Shown: in pieces, positions 46,724-58,075 of the stretch
Layout of the letters: every line of letters starts with the position of its first letter
Position numbering within the stretch: the first letter of the stretch is position 1
Source of the DNA: Rebecca billardiae RCC1528
Taxonomy: Eukaryota; Protista; Haptophyta
NCBI GenBank assembly: GCA_965240325.2
Contig: OZ251227.1
Span: 1,240,001-1,304,000 of the forward strand
Length of the DNA: 64,000 nucleotides
Direction: 5' to 3'
Program-made: the position numbers and the translations under genes
Notes under the pieces: generated by a model
What the model saw: only the letters and a program-made list of their open reading frames with translations
Database searches by the model: none
Told to the model about the DNA's origin: nothing

Positions 46724-48405
46724 ATGGTGACCGGCATCATTCTGCTCAAAATCGCCGCGGACCGCGACCGAAAGCAACATGCTGCCGCATTGCGAAGTTG
46801 CGAGGCCGATTCTAGGCTCGTGCAAGGAGACCGCGTACGGCACAGTCCGAAGGGCACGACGGTGGTCAAAGCACGTGCGTCGGCCTCCTGGCCCGCCCCC
46901 CGATGGGCTCGTTGCGTCCCTCCTCACGCTCGAGCCGTGGGCCAGCGTGCAACGTGCGGTTCGGCTGGCGAGCTGCAGACGCGGGGGATGCGCGGCATGG
47001 CATGTGCGCCAATGGCTGCCCAGGTGGTCAGAGCGAGCGTGGGTGGACGTGCACACGTGCACCCGGCCGTTGGACCGCGCGCCGAGGCTGCTTCGGAGGT
47101 GTGCACCTGCTCGCGGATGTCGGCGGCACTCCGTGGGCAGCCCGTGGGGCCGCCGCACGACGATTCGGGTCACTGGTCGGTGCGCAGTGCCTGGCGCCAC
47201 GCGGTCGGTGGCGGCGCCCGCCGCGCACTGCGCAGCCGTCGCGCGGTAGCCCGCGTTGCCAGCGGGCTGAGCCGAGTGGCGCAGAAACGGTAGTAACTTC
47301 CGTGCCGGCGGCCGTGAGTCACTGTCGTGACCGGGCGGCGGGCGGCTGCGCCTGTGCTTGAGCCTGTGGCTGTGTCGGCTTGACCGAGTCGCTGACGTAG
47401 TACTGACCGGGGCCGTCGGCCGGCTACTCAAAGACTGCCAGTGCCGGCGGCGTCACCGGCGGCGGCGCCGGCGGCTGCGGGTCCCGGGCTCAGCCCGTCA
47501 GGGCGGCAGGCGGGGCGAGGGGCCCGGCCGCCCGCCGACGGCGCTCAGATACGTGGGGGATAAAGAGTGACGTATGACAGACTACTGTCAACCTACAGAC
47601 CGCCGCGGAGGCCAGGCTTCTCATTCTGTAAACGCCCGAAACGGGCCTACTAGCCCGTATACCGCGTACTTAACTATAACGATGAAGTGAGTGATGCTGA
47701 GCCTCTGACGGCCTGACGATTGTCGATTCCGGCCGCGTATCGGTATCGCCGGCTCGGCGGCTGTCCGCAACTCTAGTGTGAGTAGCATTGACTAGTCACT
47801 CTACTGACTCCGATGCGGAACTTATTGTGCTGACCGTATCGCCAACGTAGTAAGTCGTTACTCAATAGTAGTATATGACATATATATATATATATATATA
47901 TACGAGTCAATATTAGTTACTCGTAACTGCCGTCACTGTCGTACAGCGGCTGAGCGGTGAGCGGCGGGTGAGCCCGTTATTAACAGCGTAGGCCCGCGTA
48001 GGCCCGTAGGGCGCCGTAGCTAGTAGCCCCGAGAGAGTAGTCCCGGATCATAACCGGGCACCGGCGTGCAGTCCGCAGCATGCGCCGCAGTCACTTACCT
48101 AATACCTGCGGTCCGACGTAACTAGTAGGGCTAACTCGTCGGTAGTTATCACAATAATAGTAGCGTCACAGCAATAATAATTATTTAGACGCCGTGTCAA
48201 TTCATCACATCACTTGTGACTTGGCGGCACGGCGGATGTCGGGATGAGCCACACCGGGACCGAGTTTTCCGTATATCACAGCATGAGCAGTGCCTGTGCT
48301 ACTGGCCTACTGACACTGCGACGGCGGGCTCGGCGAGTCGGCGGGCGGGCCCCACGAAGTGACTAACAGTGCTTGGCTACTGGCGCTACTGCCCAACGGT
48401 GGGAC

Positions 48406-49444
48406 CTACTTCTTCTTGCCCTTTCCCTTTCCGCCGCCCTTCTTCTTCTCGCCTTTCGGCACGACCGGCGGCGGCTCGGGGTCGAATGGCGGTGGCCTCT
48501 TCACGTCGAGGAAGACCATGTCGTCGTGTACGACCTGGTGCTCGTCCATGCTCATGTCATCGTCCATGAGCATGCCGGCGTAGAAGAGGCGCAGGTCGGC
48601 CAGCTCGACTCGCAGCTCGACGAGGAAGTCAGCAGGCGCAGTCACGTTACCGACAGAGCCATCGCGCAGATTTCGCATGCGCATGCCGCCATTCTTGTCC
48701 TTCTTCTTGCCGCCGCCGCCGCCTGCCTCCTTTGCGAGCTGCGTGCCGCGGGGAGCGATTCGTGGCGCGCGTATGCGAAGGCGTCGCGGGGATCGGGCGT
48801 GGGGGGCAGGGCGGGCAGTGAGCAGGGATCAGTCGCGCTCGGTGGCACAGCGTGTGACGAGGTCGCGCAGGCACGCGCACCTGATCGCCACGCTTGTAGA
48901 TGAGCGTGTCCGCCTCCTTATTCCAGTTTTGGATGGCCAGGTAGGTGATCGGGGTGTGCAGATGTGAGTGAATGGCTCGTCTCAACTCGCCGGCAGTCAG
49001 CGATGGCTCGATGCCATCTATGGTGAAGGGCACCACTTTGTTGCTCGCGATGCGCAGACTGCGAAGCGGCGTTTGTTCACGGATGGCTGCGAGCTCCGCG
49101 TGCGATCTCTCCACAGAGGCCAGGGTGAGCTGCGAGTCCGTGATCACTTTGTAATCGAACAGCGTTTTGGTCTCATCCTCCAGCTCCTTGCCCCAGAAGT
49201 AGAGCGCGAGCTTGAAGCGGCGCGACATGAAGAGCCGCGAGTAGAGGAGCTCTTTCAGGTCGTGGACGGTGTTTGACGGCGCGAGGTCGTCCCCGGAGAG
49301 CGTGATGTCGGCAAGCTTGTCGTGCTTGCCCATGGCGTTCACGCGCGTGATGTGCACCTTTTCAGGTGGCACTGGGTTCGCGGCGAGCAGCCCATCTGAG
49401 AGTTGAGTGAACACCACACCCAGCTTCACCCCACCCTCCGCCAT
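48406..49444 (-). CDS. Protein with two ubiquitin-like domains, the second interrupted by an SH3-like insert; exons 49444-48881, 48738-48406
   Basis: Ubl1 reads PSNTVHDLKELL...LALYFWGKELEDETKTLFDYKVITDSQLTL. Ubl2 reads IEPSLTAGELRRAI...LRLFYAGMLMDDDMSMDEHQVVHDDMVFL. GT-AG intron at 48880-48739. Confidence 0.8.
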
Positions 49445-49856
49445 CGCTCCGGAAACAGCCTCCTTGTGTTTTTGGAAAAACAGTTTTTGCCCATACAAGG
49501 AATCAAGAACTCCAGATCTCTGCTCATATCTCCAGAGAGTGGCATCTTGGTCATCAAGATCACCTGGAGATATTATATGCATGTATGGTTGTTCGTTAAT
49601 GCAAATTACCAACTACTACTAGATAGTGTATCTCGCGTGATGATCTCAACGATCTAATGCTACTCGATACTTCTCTCTCAGATTCTCATTTCATACACCC
49701 CCATATACGTGAATAGTAGTACTGGTATGATAATGAAGTGTGCATCAAGGTCGATCTGCACCCCTAACTTCGGCCCCGTCCACACCGGCCAGTCAGCTCC
49801 TTGTCGCCCTGGCGATCTGGACGCACGGCGCCCTTCCTCCTCAAGGCATCTTGGAG

Positions 49857-52125
49857 ATGGAGGTCGGCGCTGAGAACCTCGACGGTGAGGCCGACGGCGA
49901 GCTCGATCGTGAGAGGGCTGACGCCGCCACTAAGGGCCAGTCGGCGCGACGTACGTGGACGCAGGCGGAGGACGACAAACTGACGGAGGTGCGCGCGGCG
50001 CATTGCGTGTGCTCTCTCGGCGACTCGTCCGGGCGGCAGGCCGTGCGCACACGCCGTCCAAGATGCACCTGCGCGCTCGGTGCGCGACGGGGGTGTCGCT
50101 GACCCGCCCCTTCCCCCGCCTGTGGCGTGTTCGATCCCCGCGCAGATCGTCGAACGGCTAGGCGCCAAGCAGTGGGCTCTGATTGCCGAGCACATGGGTG
50201 AGAGGCGGCGCGCCTGCGTAGCAAGCTCCGCAAGGCGGGGACCCTCTCGCCTCGGCCGGTTACGGACGCTCATTCGCGCTGCGCGCCTGCCCGTGCCTCT
50301 CCCCGTCCACTGCGCGCAGGGAGTCGCAAAGACTGGCAGTGCCGCGAGCGCTGGCTCAACCACCTCGGCCCCTCCGTAAACAAAAGCGAGTGGTCGGCGG
50401 AGGAGGACCAGGAGCTCCTGCGGGCCGTCGAGGAATTCGGCCAGGTGCGCGCCCGCCGCCACGTCCGCCACGTGCCCCGTCCGGTCGACTGAGCCATCCT
50501 GCGGGCAAAGGGCACCAGCCAGCCAGGGGTCGTGCGCCCTCCACCGTCGAGCGCGCGCGACGCGACGTTCACACGCGCATCGCGCTGCACGCATATGCGC
50601 GTGCGCGCGCGCCGCCCGCGCATGCCCTCAGCGATGGTCGCGCATCCGGTATGAGCTGCCCGGGCGCACGGGGCACGCGATCAAGAACCGCTACCACTCG
50701 CTCAAGCGGCGCATGGTCAACCTGCTCGGCTCGCATCGCCGACAGACGCTAGCGCCGGCCACGCTGATGCTCAGCGGTGGCGACGTGGAGCCAATCGTGC
50801 CCGGCATCCTGCCGCCGCATGCCGGCGCCACCAGTGAAGCCTCCGCGCGCTTGCTATACGATCTCGGCGCGGTGGGCACGGCAGGTTCATGCGCGCCTGG
50901 TGCGGGCGCAGAAGTGCAGCGGCTGGGCGGCGCGGGCGCAGCGTGCTCCGCTGCCGTCGTCCCGAGCAGTGCTGCCAACCGCGCGGCACCGGGCTCGTCC
51001 GAGCTCACGGCCCTGCTGAGGCAGCAGCAGCAGCTGGCTGGGCTCATGTCCAACGCGCTCTCGCCGCAGGTGCCCGGGCTGCCAGCGCAAATGCAGCTCT
51101 TCGCCGCGCCGGGGCAGCAGCGATTTGGCTACGGCCTCGCGTGCGGCGCGCAGCAGCCCGCCGGAGCAGCGCCCCAGCTGATCGCCCAGCCGCTGCCGCT
51201 GCTGCACGCACACGAGGCGCCACAGCAGGCAGCGGCGCACCAGCAGCTCAACGCGTTGCCCTCGCGCAGCGTGCGCATGCAGCCGCAGCGGCCGATCAAC
51301 ATGAACGTACTCGACACCGAGGCTGGCGGCGAAGAGGCGCGCGCCGCGCCGTTCACGTCACGGGCCATGTGCGCGGCTGCAGCGCAGGCCGGGGCGCTCA
51401 CCATGCCCGCCTCAGTCACGTACGCAGACGCGCAGCCATACGCCCACCCGCCGCCCAGCAGCCGCGGCGCGCTCAGCTCCGGCAGCGGTGCACATGGCAG
51501 CCTCGACAACCTCGCGGCCGCGGCCGTGCAGCACGCGGCACACACCGCGCTGGCGGCCGCTGGCATGGGTGGCGCAGGCGGCGCCGCCGAGGAGGAAGAC
51601 CTGTGCGTGCAGCAGCCGCTGCGCTCGCTCTCGACGCGCACGCAGCTCAACCTGCTCGGCTACCCGCTGCCAGGGCTCCCGATGCGCGACGATGGCCAGG
51701 ACGGCGGCGAGGGTGCTCGCGTGGGCGGGCCTGGCAGTGGCGGTGGTGGGAGCGGGCACCACGCCAGCGGCCTGACCGGGCTCCGCCCATCGCACACAGC
51801 GTTGCACCTGTTGCAGCAGGCGCACGTGCAGGGCTACGCGGCGGGCCCAGACTGCGAGCTTGCGCAGCCACCAAGGCCACGCACGGTCAGCTCAGGCCAG
51901 CGGGCGCCGACAAGCGCGGGCGCGGGAGAGCCGCCGCAGCCGACGCATGGGCCATCGCTCGCGCCGCTCCCTCCCCGCGACGACACCCCATTCGCCGATG
52001 GGCGGAAGCAGCGGATCCTAGATCTCTCCTCGCAGCTGCTGGCCATCGCGACGATGGGCGAGGAGCGCGAGCGCGAGGAGCTTCTCGACAGCGTGCTTAG
52101 CCAGCTGCGCGCAGCGGTGCAGTAA
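49857..52125 (+). CDS. R2R3-type MYB transcription factor; exons 49857-49988, 50146-50197, 50320-50444, 50632-52125
   Basis: Spliced sequence: RRTWTQAEDDKLTEIVERLGAKQWALIAEHMGSRKDWQCRERWLNHLGPSVNKSEWSAEEDQELLRAVEEFGQRWSRIRYELPGRTGHAIKNRYHSL. Confidence 0.92.
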
Positions 52126-52633
52126 CAGCCAGTCGCGCCACTGCCCGCCACGAGCCTCGCTGCCTGGGCGGTATGCCGAGCTAGGAATGCCGCCATGGGT
52201 GGCGCCAGCCGCGCCACCTCACTTCGGCACGATCCCAGGCACATCGCGGGCCGGATCGTGACCCATGAAGCGGCGGGATTTCGGCACTTTCAGCACGGCT
52301 CATGTACCGATACCGCGATATCTGCTTACAAAGCGGGGCCAGGTTATGAACGGCGGCAGAAGCCCTGGCGGCGGCCGCGGCGCGGCCCGGGCCCGGCCTG
52401 TGAAACGGGCAACGGCCGGCCAGTAGAGCTCTACTGCGCGTAGCTAGCTGGAGTAGCTCACTTGCAGGCCGTGGATGGTGTTGGACGGGGACTGATGCCA
52501 TCCCCGAAGAGTCGCGTAACTCATTGTCAGGCGGTGCGTTGGCGAGTCACCGGTACCCGCCGGCCCGCGGCGCCCCGGCCGCAGTCCGTGCCACCGCGCC
52601 GCGGCGGCGCCGGCCTGCCTGGGCCTTCAGCCT

Positions 52634-52742
52634 GGCAAGCTTGTCGAGCTTGCCCGTGCGCCATGGCCTCGTTCGTGCGCGTGATGTGCACCTGTGAGAG
52701 TTGGTGAACCCAGCTCATCAGACTCACCCCACCCTCCGCCAT
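52634..52742 (-). pseudogene. Degraded duplicate of the first ~135 bp of the Ubl gene (49310-49444)
   Basis: Shared blocks GGCAAGCTTGTCG(A/T)GCTTGCCC, GCGCGTGATGTGCACCT and TCACCCCACCCTCCGCCAT. Confidence 0.75.
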
Positions 52743-52839
52743 GGGCATTCAGCCTCCAGCGCGCTGGCCGCCATCGTGTTTGGTGGTCCGAGCGCCCGCG
52801 GCCAGTGGGGCGTCCGCCGCAAGATCGCGTCCGCTCGCG

Positions 52840-53571
52840 ATGACATCGCGAACGTGGGTGCTGCTCGTCTCGGCAGCATGTGCGGCGCGCGCGCAGCACC
52901 TGCCGCTGCCGCCCCTTCCCTACGAGTACGACGCACTCGAGCCGCACATGGACGAGGCGACAATGCGGGTGCACCACCTATCGCACGCTCAGACGTATAC
53001 GGACAAGCTGAATGCGGCGCTCGGCAAGCTGCGTGCAGACGCTGAGACCAAGTGGCTCGCCAAGCTGGGCATCGACGAGCTTCTTGGCCACCTGGACCAG
53101 ATTCCCGAGGGGCTGCGCTCGGCCATCCGCAACGCGGGCGGCGGATACGTCAACCATGACCTCTTCTTCGCGTCGCTCAGCCCAAACAGCGGCGAGGACC
53201 ACGAGCCCACGGGCGGCCCGTTGCATGAGGCGCTCGTGCGCGACTTTGGCTCGGTGTCTGAGTTCAAGAAGCAGTTCACACTCGCCGCCCTCGAGCTGTT
53301 CGGCTCGGGCTGGACGTGGCTCGTGCTGGACCCAGCCTCGGGCAAGCTTGAGATCGACTCCACGGCGAACCAGGACACGCCACTGATGGCACGCGAACGG
53401 CCCCTCCTCGGGATTGATCTCTGGGAGCACGCGTATTACTTGAAACACCAATCCCGCCGCAAGGATTACATTGCGGACTTCTGGCGCGTCGTCGACTGGG
53501 CGTCGCTCACGACGCGGTACGAGGCGGAAGTCGCGGCGCAGGCGTCGGCGTCGGCAAAGGCTGAGCTCTGA
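52840..53571 (+). CDS. Fe/Mn superoxide dismutase, Mn-type signatures, with a signal peptide and C-terminal KAEL
   Basis: LPPLPYEYDALEPH, MRVHH, NAGGGYVNHDLFF, FGSGWTWL, ANQDTP and DLWEHAYY. Confidence 0.93.
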   Translation: MTSRTWVLLVSAACAARAQHLPLPPLPYEYDALEPHMDEATMRVHHLSHAQTYTDKLNAALGKLRADAETKWLAKLGIDELLGHLDQIPEGLRSAIRNAGGGYVNHDLFFASLSPNSGEDHEPTGGPLHEALVRDFGSVSEFKKQFTLAALELFGSGWTWLVLDPASGKLEIDSTANQDTPLMARERPLLGIDLWEHAYYLKHQSRRKDYIADFWRVVDWASLTTRYEAEVAAQASASAKAEL

Positions 53572-54610
53572 CAAGTGACGAGTCGCGGGCTTCGCGGACT
53601 CGAAGCCACCCAGGCGACAGACACGGCGCAGCCGCCCGTTGCTCGACGCTGCTGTTCAGCCCGACGACGCAGCGACTCTACTGCTGGCATGACTACTGCC
53701 GCTGCGCAGCGGGCCGAGCATCGCGCATGACGCGCATCCTCCGCGGACCGACTCGGCCGACGCCGCGCCTCACGCCGTGCGCGGCCTCAGCGCCCTCCGC
53801 CGCTGATAGTACTCGCTCCCCCTTAAGAGGGGTACTCGCTCCGCTCCGCTCCGAGGCAAACAGAGGGCGACCGCCCTCGGCGGCTGTCGCCGCTGGCGGA
53901 GAATTGCTCACCCTTACTACCCTTGACTGTATTGTCAGTTCGACTGCGCGTCGTCGTACACAGCCTGCAGAACCAGGATCCTATGCATAAGTAGCGTTCG
54001 TTGGAACTTGACGCCGGTTTGGCGCCCGCGCGGCGAGCGCGACGACGGGCGTACACCGGGCCCGCGGCGGCGCGAAGCGCGCGGGCGCGGCCGAGAACGG
54101 CACGGTCCGGACGCCTCTCGCCAGCCGCGGACGCGCACCGCGCCTCCTCCTCGCACACTGCTAACTTGATCCGGGTTAAACGGTGGTTTTGCTGCCGACC
54201 AGCTCAAGTTCCACGGCTGGTCAAGGTTCGGCTTGCGACCTCGCCGCTGGTGCTTGCAAGAAGGTACACGAGTTGGTCGAGCTCCCACGCACCCGCTCTG
54301 CGCTCGTCGACGCCCTCTGAAGGTGACTCGGGGTGCATGCGGGGCAGTGGAATGCAGTGGTTCGGCGTTGCCTCTCAGTCGTCCAGCGCGCAGGCCATGT
54401 AGCGCGGGTGTGGTGCGCGCATGGCCCGGTGATTCGGTCGCGGCATGTCTGTCTGGGCTGCCCAAGGCCTGCCGCACCGCGAAGCGAGCGCTCAGGAGCG
54501 TGTGCCGACCGTGCCAGCGCCGAGATGGGGCACTTCGCTGATACCGGTAGCAATACTGTAAGGGCCCTTGCCGGTAGGTCGCAGACTCGCAGGACACATT
54601 CTTCGCCATC

Positions 54611-56125
54611 ATGATGGCGATGACAACCGCGTGGGCCCTCGCGCTAGCGCTCGCGCCCACGGGGGCACCCGTGCGCTCTCCTGGTCTTCTCAATGCTGGC
54701 TTCAAGCCGTCGATGCTGACGCGTGCATGGAGCAAGCCGCCGACTGCTGCTAGCATCGTTCTTGCCAGCTCTCCACCGCGCGTGCCGACTGAGGCGCCAG
54801 CAGACGCGCCGCAATCGGCGCCAGAGCTGCCGTCGCTCTACTCCAAGCCGGTCTCGTTGGGCGCGCTCGCGGCGTACGTGTACTTTGTGTTCATCTCGGA
54901 CGTGCTTCCCGGGCCATCCGTCCTCGCGCTCGATCCCACCCCGTGGGTCGAGGCGCTCAAGCTCTCGACCAACTTTTGGCTCATTCTGCCGCTGGTTGGG
55001 CAGGGCCCAGTGCTGCACCCGGGCCTGGAGGCGATCTTCAACTTCGACCTGGTGTGGGCGGCGCTCTTCGCGGGGTTCCTCGTCGACGGGCGCGAGAGCC
55101 GCGTGCCCTTCGGCCGCTTCCTCATTGGCATGCAGTTCCTCACCGCGGGCGTGTACTTGCCTTACGTGGCTGCGCGCGCGCCCGCGCGCTCGGCCGTTGG
55201 CAGGGACGGGCTGTCGACGATCGAGCGCGCCGCTGAGTCCCGCGCGCTGCCGGCGGTCCTCGGGACGCTCGGGCTTGGCGTGCTCGCCTGGGGCGTCCTC
55301 GGCCGCCCCGACTTTGGCGACCTCGCCGAGCGCACGCACTCGCTCGGCGCCCTGCTCTCTGACGACAGGCTGGGCTCGAGCTTCGTGGTCGACATGGCGG
55401 TCTTTGCGCTGTGGCAGGGCGCGCTCGTGGACGACGACCTGGCGCGGCGCGGGCTGGACGAGGCGGACTCGGACGCGGCGCGCCGGCTGCGCGACGTCGC
55501 GCGCTACGTGCCCTTCTTCGGCCTCGTGTACTACCTGCTCAGCCGGCCGCAGCTGCCGGAGACCGTCGCGCCGCAGCCAGCTGGCGCACCGTCGGCCGCC
55601 GTGCCCACGGCTGCGCCCACGAGCCCGCCGTCGCCAACGCGATGGGCGCCCAAGGCCCCGTGGGGTGGCGACGACGCCGACGCGCTCGCGGCGCCAGTGC
55701 GCGGCTACTTCGACGCGTGGAACAGGCGCGACATCGACGGCGCCCTCGCGTACTGCAGCGCGGACGTCGTGTACGAGGACACCGTCTTCCCCGGGCAGTT
55801 CGAGGGGAAGGAGAAACTGCGCGCGCACCTCGTCAAGTGCGCGGACGCGCTGCCAGCCGGTCTGCAGTTCGTGCTCGACGACGTCGCGGCGAGCGGCGAG
55901 CAGGTGGGGACGCGGTGGCACTGCGAGCTCACCGACGGCACGCAGCTGCCATTTGCGCGCGGCGCGAGCATGTACCGCGTGCGCGGTGGCGTGATCGTCG
56001 AGGGCTTCGACGTGGTCGAGCCCACGGTCAAGAGCGGCGAGCTCACGCTCGGCGTGCTGTCCGTCGCGTCGCGCATCGGCCGAGCGCTCGGCTTGCTGGG
56101 TGGCCCCGCCGCAGAGGATGCTTGA
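54611..56125 (+). CDS. Targeted multi-pass membrane protein fused to a C-terminal SnoaL/NTF2-like domain
   Basis: Bipartite-like N-terminus and about 6 TM helices with VDMAVFALWQGALVDDDLARRG. The C-terminal domain reads VRGYFDAWNRRDIDGALAYCSADVVYEDTVFPGQFEGKEKLR...VGTRWH...LPFARGASMY. Confidence 0.8.
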   Translation: MMAMTTAWALALALAPTGAPVRSPGLLNAGFKPSMLTRAWSKPPTAASIVLASSPPRVPTEAPADAPQSAPELPSLYSKPVSLGALAAYVYFVFISDVLPGPSVLALDPTPWVEALKLSTNFWLILPLVGQGPVLHPGLEAIFNFDLVWAALFAGFLVDGRESRVPFGRFLIGMQFLTAGVYLPYVAARAPARSAVGRDGLSTIERAAESRALPAVLGTLGLGVLAWGVLGRPDFGDLAERTHSLGALLSDDRLGSSFVVDMAVFALWQGALVDDDLARRGLDEADSDAARRLRDVARYVPFFGLVYYLLSRPQLPETVAPQPAGAPSAAVPTAAPTSPPSPTRWAPKAPWGGDDADALAAPVRGYFDAWNRRDIDGALAYCSADVVYEDTVFPGQFEGKEKLRAHLVKCADALPAGLQFVLDDVAASGEQVGTRWHCELTDGTQLPFARGASMYRVRGGVIVEGFDVVEPTVKSGELTLGVLSVASRIGRALGLLGGPAAEDA

Positions 56126-57282
56126 GTTGAAGCGCCTTTGATGCATTATTCCGGCGATTTCGTCGGAATTTCGTGTCCGCGAGAGTCGCGTCACCGGTCG
56201 GATTACTCCGTTCAGGCAATCGCGGGTGCCATGCATCAATACTAGAAGTCAGAGTAGATCCCAAGGCTCGTCGCGCGATACGTCTTCAAGCAGCCGTTCG
56301 GTCTCAGCCCAAGTGCCCCACGAGTCGGCGCAGCCTAGGACCGCCTGACCGCGGTGGCGCGGGCCTCGCGGAGCGGCCCGTCGGCAGATTCCGAGTCGTC
56401 GTAACTAGGTCTCGCCCGCTGCGCAGTCAGCCACGGTCGCGGCGCGGGGCCCGAGCCAGAGGCGGTCCGAGGCCGCCCTTGGGCGGCAGGCCTTGCGGCC
56501 CTTGGCAGCAGAATTTAATAATAATAAAGGCCGCCAGTACAGCATCAGTTTACTATGCTTTAACGGCTGCAGACTTGGTTGACGAATCAGGAGACCTGCA
56601 GTGTATCATACCACTGAATCAGTAGTCAGTGTCGTTAATCATAGAATGGTTACTAAATCATAAATCACTAAGGCGTGATTGACGCCATCCAACACTGCAC
56701 AAAGACACCGCCACAAATCAGACCGGCGCAGGCAGGTGAGGGGCGCGTTGCCGCACCTCAGGCTCAATGTTGCAAAGTCATTACAAGTCCTCATCGTGGG
56801 CTCGTGGCGGCCATTGATTGCAGCAAGCGGCCGTCCCGCGCTCGGAGGCACGCGCTCGAGAGCGCGCTCTGACACCACACGGGGAGGGTGCCGCACCTGG
56901 ATGCTGTAGTTAGCTTATCCCAGCCACCTCACGAGAGTGCAGGCTCCGCGCCAAACAGTTACACCCGTGCCTGCGCTGTGAGCGACAATAGTATTGACAT
57001 CAGTGACGAGAATATTATTCCGATTCGTACATAGTCAAACGGCGAAGGCGGCGAGGTGCTGATGAGTGATGACCGTTGATTGAGAGTCTCGAGTCGTCTG
57101 AATTATGACGTACAATTCGTCTGCATGAATAGTTGACGTTGCCAAACGGGCTCCGGGTGATCAGACTGGCGGCCGAAGCCTCCAGCCCTCCGGTTCGACC
57201 GGAGTCCCGCGTCCGTCCGTAATCGAGGACGGAGTCTCCCCGGGAGTCCCGGCGGCGCGTCATCGTCGTTACATGCCGCCGC

Positions 57283-57482
57283 NNNNNNNNNNNNNNNNNN
57301 NNNNNNNNNNNNNNNNNNNNNNNNNNNNNNNNNNNNNNNNNNNNNNNNNNNNNNNNNNNNNNNNNNNNNNNNNNNNNNNNNNNNNNNNNNNNNNNNNNNN
57401 NNNNNNNNNNNNNNNNNNNNNNNNNNNNNNNNNNNNNNNNNNNNNNNNNNNNNNNNNNNNNNNNNNNNNNNNNNNNNNNNNN
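57283..57482. other. Assembly gap (200 N)
   Basis: N run; both flanks carry ATGCCGCCGC. Confidence 0.99.
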
Positions 57483-58075
57483 ATGCCGCCGCACTCGGCA
57501 GTGCCAGCGGACGGTCACCGAGACGGCGCCGATAGTATATATATATATGACTCACTCACCGTTCTCGGTCACTGATGCCACCGTCGTCCGTCATCGTTCG
57601 TGTCAGACAGTCGCCACAGTCGGCACGGTACTCGGTACTGCTTCGGAGGACTCGGAGGAGTCAGACGCGGAGTGACTCACATCTGTACTCGTGGCGGCAC
57701 ACGCCGGCTCAGTAGTGTCTGACTCAGTCACAGTGCCGGTGGAGTGCTAAGTGGTAATTCGCCATCCGGGAGAGTCCCGGTGCCAATAGCTCGGCGACTA
57801 CATTCTCGGCCGGCGCGCGGGGGCGGGCCGCGCGCCAACGAGCAGCACAGGTGCCGGCACATCCCGTCGCAAATGCATTGGCGCCGATCGGTACACCCAG
57901 GCAGGCAGGCAGGCACACAGGTATAGGCATAATGAGACTGTAGGCTCATCGCTGAGCGCTTTGATTTGGCCGATCGGCGCGCTCACAATTGGGGATAAAG
58001 GCATTGGCGGCACGGCACCAACACTTGGGCCGTGCCCGCGCGCAGGCGGCGGCGTGGGGCAGAGGAGCGCCGCGC

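Noticed and set aside
46724-47570. ORFs upstream of the MITE as a disrupted 5' part (e.g. DOMON) of the monooxygenase
   Set aside because: Removing the MITE does not restore a frame; an in-frame stop precedes ATG 46018.
53805-54215. Small hairpins and short direct or inverted repeats (GTACTCGCTCC twice; GGAACTTGA/TCAAGTTCC)
   Set aside because: Too short and single-copy in this window to support an element call.
57273-57492. 10-bp direct repeat ATGCCGCCGC flanking the N gap as a TSD
   Set aside because: More simply a contig overlap at a scaffolding join; it cannot be assessed from this sequence.
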